Notes under the pieces: generated by a model
Told to the model about the DNA's origin: nothing
What the model saw: only the letters and a program-made list of their open reading frames with translations
Database searches by the model: none
Position numbers and translations under genes: made by a program
Assembly: GCA_963758195.1 (NCBI GenBank)
Contig: CAVWUH010000002.1
Coordinates: 2,061,560 to 2,125,559, forward strand
Source of the DNA: an uncultured Acidobacteriota bacterium
GTDB taxonomy: Bacteria > Acidobacteriota > Thermoanaerobaculia > Gp7-AA8
Length of the DNA stretch: 64,000 nucleotides
Direction: 5' to 3'
Shown: positions 61,080-64,000 of the stretch, piece by piece
How the letters are laid out: every line of letters starts with the position of its first letter
Numbering within the stretch: the stretch's first letter is position 1

Positions 61080-61544
61080 TCACGATCGGCTTCCTGCAGC
61101 GTTCCAACGGACGACAAATTCAGAAGGCTGAGGCTCTCCAAGTTGCGGTCGCACAACGCGTCGTGCCGTCGGCTGCATCAGTGCGACCTTGAACCCATCG
61201 GCACGTTGTTCAATGACCTTTACGGTTGGCGTGCGGCCGGGTGTCGGCTCAATTCGCAACATCAGATGCGGTGGTCTTGCGAATGGAGTTTCGTAAAAGA
61301 TTTCGCGCGCATCCTCAGCGGCGTATAGGGGAAAGAAGATAACTCCTTCCGTCCGCGTGGGAACGTTATCGCTGGAAATAGGCGGTTGCGCGATGGCTGC
61401 TCCATGCTCTATGGACACGCGCCGCCGGCGGCGTCTTCGGACGGAGTTGGCAATTCCTGAGGTGACCAGTGTGAGGATGGAAACACCAATGCCGGAGAAG
61501 ATCCACGAACCATTTGCTCGCAGCCAGTCAAGCAACGACGCCAT
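61080..61544 (-). CDS. Membrane-anchored hypothetical protein (possible H-type-lectin-like domain)
   Basis: N-terminal TM helix WIFSGIGVSILTLVTSGI plus an R6 run. GVIFFPLY...FARPPHLMLRIE...VKVIEQRADGFKVAL is reminiscent of H_lectin domains, but the match is weak. Confidence 0.5.
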   Translation of the reverse strand: MASLLDWLRANGSWIFSGIGVSILTLVTSGIANSVRRRRRRRVSIEHGAAIAQPPISSDNVPTRTEGVIFFPLYAAEDAREIFYETPFARPPHLMLRIEPTPGRTPTVKVIEQRADGFKVALMQPTARRVVRPQLGEPQPSEFVVRWNAAGSRS

Positions 61545-61577
61545 GATTACTCGCGAGTCTATAACGAATAAATTGGG

Positions 61578-62570
61578 CTACTTCGCCGCTCGTTCTTCAA
61601 TCACACGCGCCAAATGAAACCGCAACGGCTCCAATAGCGTGTAATGCGACGTAATGCGGCTCTGTCGTTCGTTCTCATCGCGGAAGAGATCGCGCATCGT
61701 CGTCGCGCGCTCGTCGTACCAGGTTTTGGAGACTTCACCGCGGGCTCGCTTTTCGTCGAGGACGAGCATGATGTGGTTGCGGTCGATGATCTCGGGGTGG
61801 TGGTTGACGCCGAGGAAACGGGGCATGGTGCCGGCGGGGTCGCGGGCGAGCTCGATCATGGTGAGGGCGGTGCTTCCCTCGGCTTCGAAGGCGATGGGCT
61901 GGCTCTTGCCGGGTTGGTCGAGGATGAGGTCGAAGAGGCGGTTGTCGATGACGCGGAAGTGCTGGTGGTCGGGGAGCTCGCGGGCGAATTGCGAGAACCA
62001 GGGATGCTGCATGGCTTCGCGGGAGAGGCGGTTGGTGGGCATGCCGCTGCTCTTCTCTTCGCGAAGCTCGACGTGGGCGACGCCGCTCCATCGGCAGACG
62101 AGGCCGAAGGAGTGGCAGATGGCGAGCATGGCCGCGCTGGGATGGGCGAGGATGTCGTCGAAGAGATGGAAGAGCGGCGCTTCCCACTCGGTGGTCTCGT
62201 CGACGCCCTGACTCCATTCGTGCTTGCCGTCGTTGAGGCGCGGGTCGAGATGACCGGGACCGCCGGTGCCGAGGTAGAGCTGGAAGCGGCCGTTCGGCGA
62301 CTCGGGGATGGCGTTGCGGCGGCGGACGTCGTAGGAGAGCACGCGCACGCGCGCGTCGATGGCATCGAGCTCGTCGCGGAGGGATTCCGCTCCCTCCTGC
62401 ACGGCATGCACGAGCGAGTCATGCCCGACGTTGGGCCAGAAGTGATTCATGTCCAGCAGCGCGACGTCGATGCAGTCGGTGCGCGGCGGCGGTACGGAGT
62501 CCTCGACGCGGAGGAACTCGAAGACTTCGGTTTGAGTAGCGTTCATGAAGGTTCTGTTTGCGAGTGGCAA
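61578..62570 (-). CDS. Class I glutamine-amidotransferase-like protein
   Basis: Nucleophile elbow LAICHSFG and the His region FLGVNHHPE. The start may be the internal ATG (MNATQTEV) at 62546. Confidence 0.7.
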   Translation of the reverse strand: MPLANRTFMNATQTEVFEFLRVEDSVPPPRTDCIDVALLDMNHFWPNVGHDSLVHAVQEGAESLRDELDAIDARVRVLSYDVRRRNAIPESPNGRFQLYLGTGGPGHLDPRLNDGKHEWSQGVDETTEWEAPLFHLFDDILAHPSAAMLAICHSFGLVCRWSGVAHVELREEKSSGMPTNRLSREAMQHPWFSQFARELPDHQHFRVIDNRLFDLILDQPGKSQPIAFEAEGSTALTMIELARDPAGTMPRFLGVNHHPEIIDRNHIMLVLDEKRARGEVSKTWYDERATTMRDLFRDENERQSRITSHYTLLEPLRFHLARVIEERAAK

Positions 62571-62573
62571 GAG

Positions 62574-63703
62574 CTACACCACTCCGTACTCCGTCTCGGC
62601 GACGATCTCGTCGACGACATCCTTGAGATCGTTCCGCCGCGCGTAGGCGGCGAGCTGGCGATCGGCCCCGGTGCCGCGGCGCATGATCTCACGCGCGTAA
62701 TAGACCTCTTTGCGCGAGCCGAGCTCGTCGACGACGTCGTCCACGAAACTCGAGAAGCTCGTCGAGCAATTCTCCGAAGGGAACTTCCTCGCGGCGGCCG
62801 AAGTCGATGAGCTTGCCGCCGATGCCGAAGCGCGCCGCGCGCGATTTGTTCTCGTTGAGGAGCGCGCGGCGATAGAGGCGCCAGCCCATGTTCTGTTTGT
62901 AGATGCGATAGAGCTTGACGGTGATCGCCTGGAAGAGCGCGGCGAAGCAGATGGTCTCGTCGATGCGCATCGGCACGTCGCAGATGCGGTACTCGAGCGT
63001 GGGGAAGAAGGGATGCGGACGCACGTCCCACCAGATCTTCTTGGGGTTGTCGATGCAATGCGTGCGGACGAGCGTGTCGACGTATTCGTCGTAGTCGCGC
63101 GAGGGTGTTGAAATGATCGGGGATGCCGGTGCGCGGGAAGCGCTCGAATACTTTCGCGCGATAGCTCTTCCAGCCGGTGTTCTGTCCGCACCAGAAGGGC
63201 GAGTTCACGGAGAGGGCGAAGATGTGCGGCAGGAAGTAGCGCACGGCGTTCATGATTTCGATCCGAACGTGTCGGGGTCTTCGACGGCGACGTGGACGTG
63301 CAGTCCGAAGATCAGGTTGGCGCGCGCGAGCATCTGCAGCTCGTACACGATCTGGTCGTAGCGTTCGTTGGACGTAATGGGCACTTGCGCCCAGTGCGAG
63401 ATCGGATGCGTGCCGGCGGCGGCGATGCGCAGTCCGTTCTCGCGCGTCAGACGTGATGATCTCGCGCCGCAGTCTGGTGATCTCACGCCGCGCCTCGGCG
63501 ATGTTCTGGCAGATGGGCGTGCCGACTTCGATCACGGGATCGTGCATTTCCCGTTTGATCTCGTCCTTCAGCCGCTTCTCTCCCTCGGTGAACATCTCCT
63601 GGATGTGCGACTTGAGCAGGCGCGTCTCCGGGTCGACGACCTGGAACTCCTCTTCGATGCCGAGCGTGAAAGATGGAACAGGCATGGGGGAAGGATATGC
63701 CAT
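62574..63703 (-). CDS. Carboxylate-amine ligase (glutamate-cysteine ligase family 2, YbdK-like), at least 4 frame breaks
   Basis: FTLGIEEEFQVVD, FGLHVHVAV, LSVNSPFW, TLEYRICDVP and a C-terminal EIVAETEYGVV are distributed over all three reverse frames (ORFs 62543-63703, 63250-63486, 62689-63024, 62574-63191). Confidence 0.8.
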
Positions 63704-63814
63704 CGGAGGGCGGGCTTATAGCCCGCCGATTCTTTGGGCGGGTGGGGACGAGCCATGGACACGCCCTTCGACACCCCCCACCCAAAAAAAGCGGCGGGCT
63801 ATAAGCCCGCCCTC
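63704..63814. mobile_element. MITE/REP-like nested-hairpin element, copy 2
   Basis: The termini are GGAGGGCGGGCTTATAGCCCGCCG and GCGGCGGGCTATAAGCCCGCCCTCC. There is an internal GGGTGGGG/CCCCCCACCC pairing and an A7 run. It starts immediately upstream of the ATG at 63703. Confidence 0.75.
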
Positions 63815-63849
63815 CAGGGGAGCATTCGGGGAGCGTCGCGAGGTGAGAA

Positions 63850-64000
63850 TCAGATCGGCTTCGTGACGTCTTTCTTCACGTCCATGACGGTGGGCCAGTT
63901 GCCGGTGAGCTCGAACTTCTTCTCGCCTTTGACGATCTCGATGAGGACTTCGGCCATGTTGGTGACCATCCACTCGAAGTTCTCTTCGCCGACGGATTTG
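63850..64000 (-). CDS. 3' end of an unidentified gene entering from the right edge
   Basis: Reverse translation gives ...KSVGEENFEWMVTNMAEVLIEIVKGEKKFELTGNWPTVMDVKKDVTKPI and then a stop (TGA at 63852-63850). The composition is protein-like but no family is recognised. Confidence 0.3.
   Translation of the reverse strand, partial: KSVGEENFEWMVTNMAEVLIEIVKGEKKFELTGNWPTVMDVKKDVTKPI

Overview
This looks like the origin-of-replication region of a high-GC chromosome, probably Acidobacteriota. That assignment is an inference from a GWxTD-domain protein, a CarboxypepD_reg-type TonB receptor, an ECF-sigma/Ser-Thr-kinase pair and bactofilin. The left half (1-28.2 kb) is a textbook ori cluster. On the minus strand it carries topA', an NtrC-type two-component pair, the F1Fo genes atpF'-F-H-A-G-D-C, bactofilin and parB-parA-rsmG-mnmG-mnmE-jag-yidC-yidD-rnpA-rpmH. 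On the plus strand it carries dnaA-dnaN-recF-gyrB-gyrA. It also has two parS sites and DnaA-box clusters. The middle (28-51.8 kb) holds housekeeping and accessory genes: RNase G, tRNA-Asn, nagZ, a MauG-like di-haem peroxidase, a LytS/LytTR pair, ECF sigma plus Ser/Thr kinase, an aldehyde dehydrogenase, a TonB-dependent receptor, methyltransferases, a PQQ sugar dehydrogenase, a CPBP protease and a GWxTD protein. From 51.8 to 61.1 kb there is a chromosomal integron. It has 11 full-length and 3 truncated attC sites alternating with about 14 short, mostly unrecognisable minus-strand cassettes, and a 5'-truncated, nonsense-mutated intI remnant in the same orientation as the cassettes. The second notable signal is a family of intercistronic hairpins whose arms are 3-4 tandem copies of a 7-8-nt unit. 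One of these is inserted in frame inside mnmE. There are also two other palindromic repeat families and a nested-hairpin MITE-like element present in two copies. Many essential genes (atpA, atpD, dnaN, gyrB, yidC, rnpA, parB, rng and others) have broken reading frames while neighbouring genes are intact. This is most simply explained by indel errors in the sequence, so all frame-dependent calls should be treated with care.
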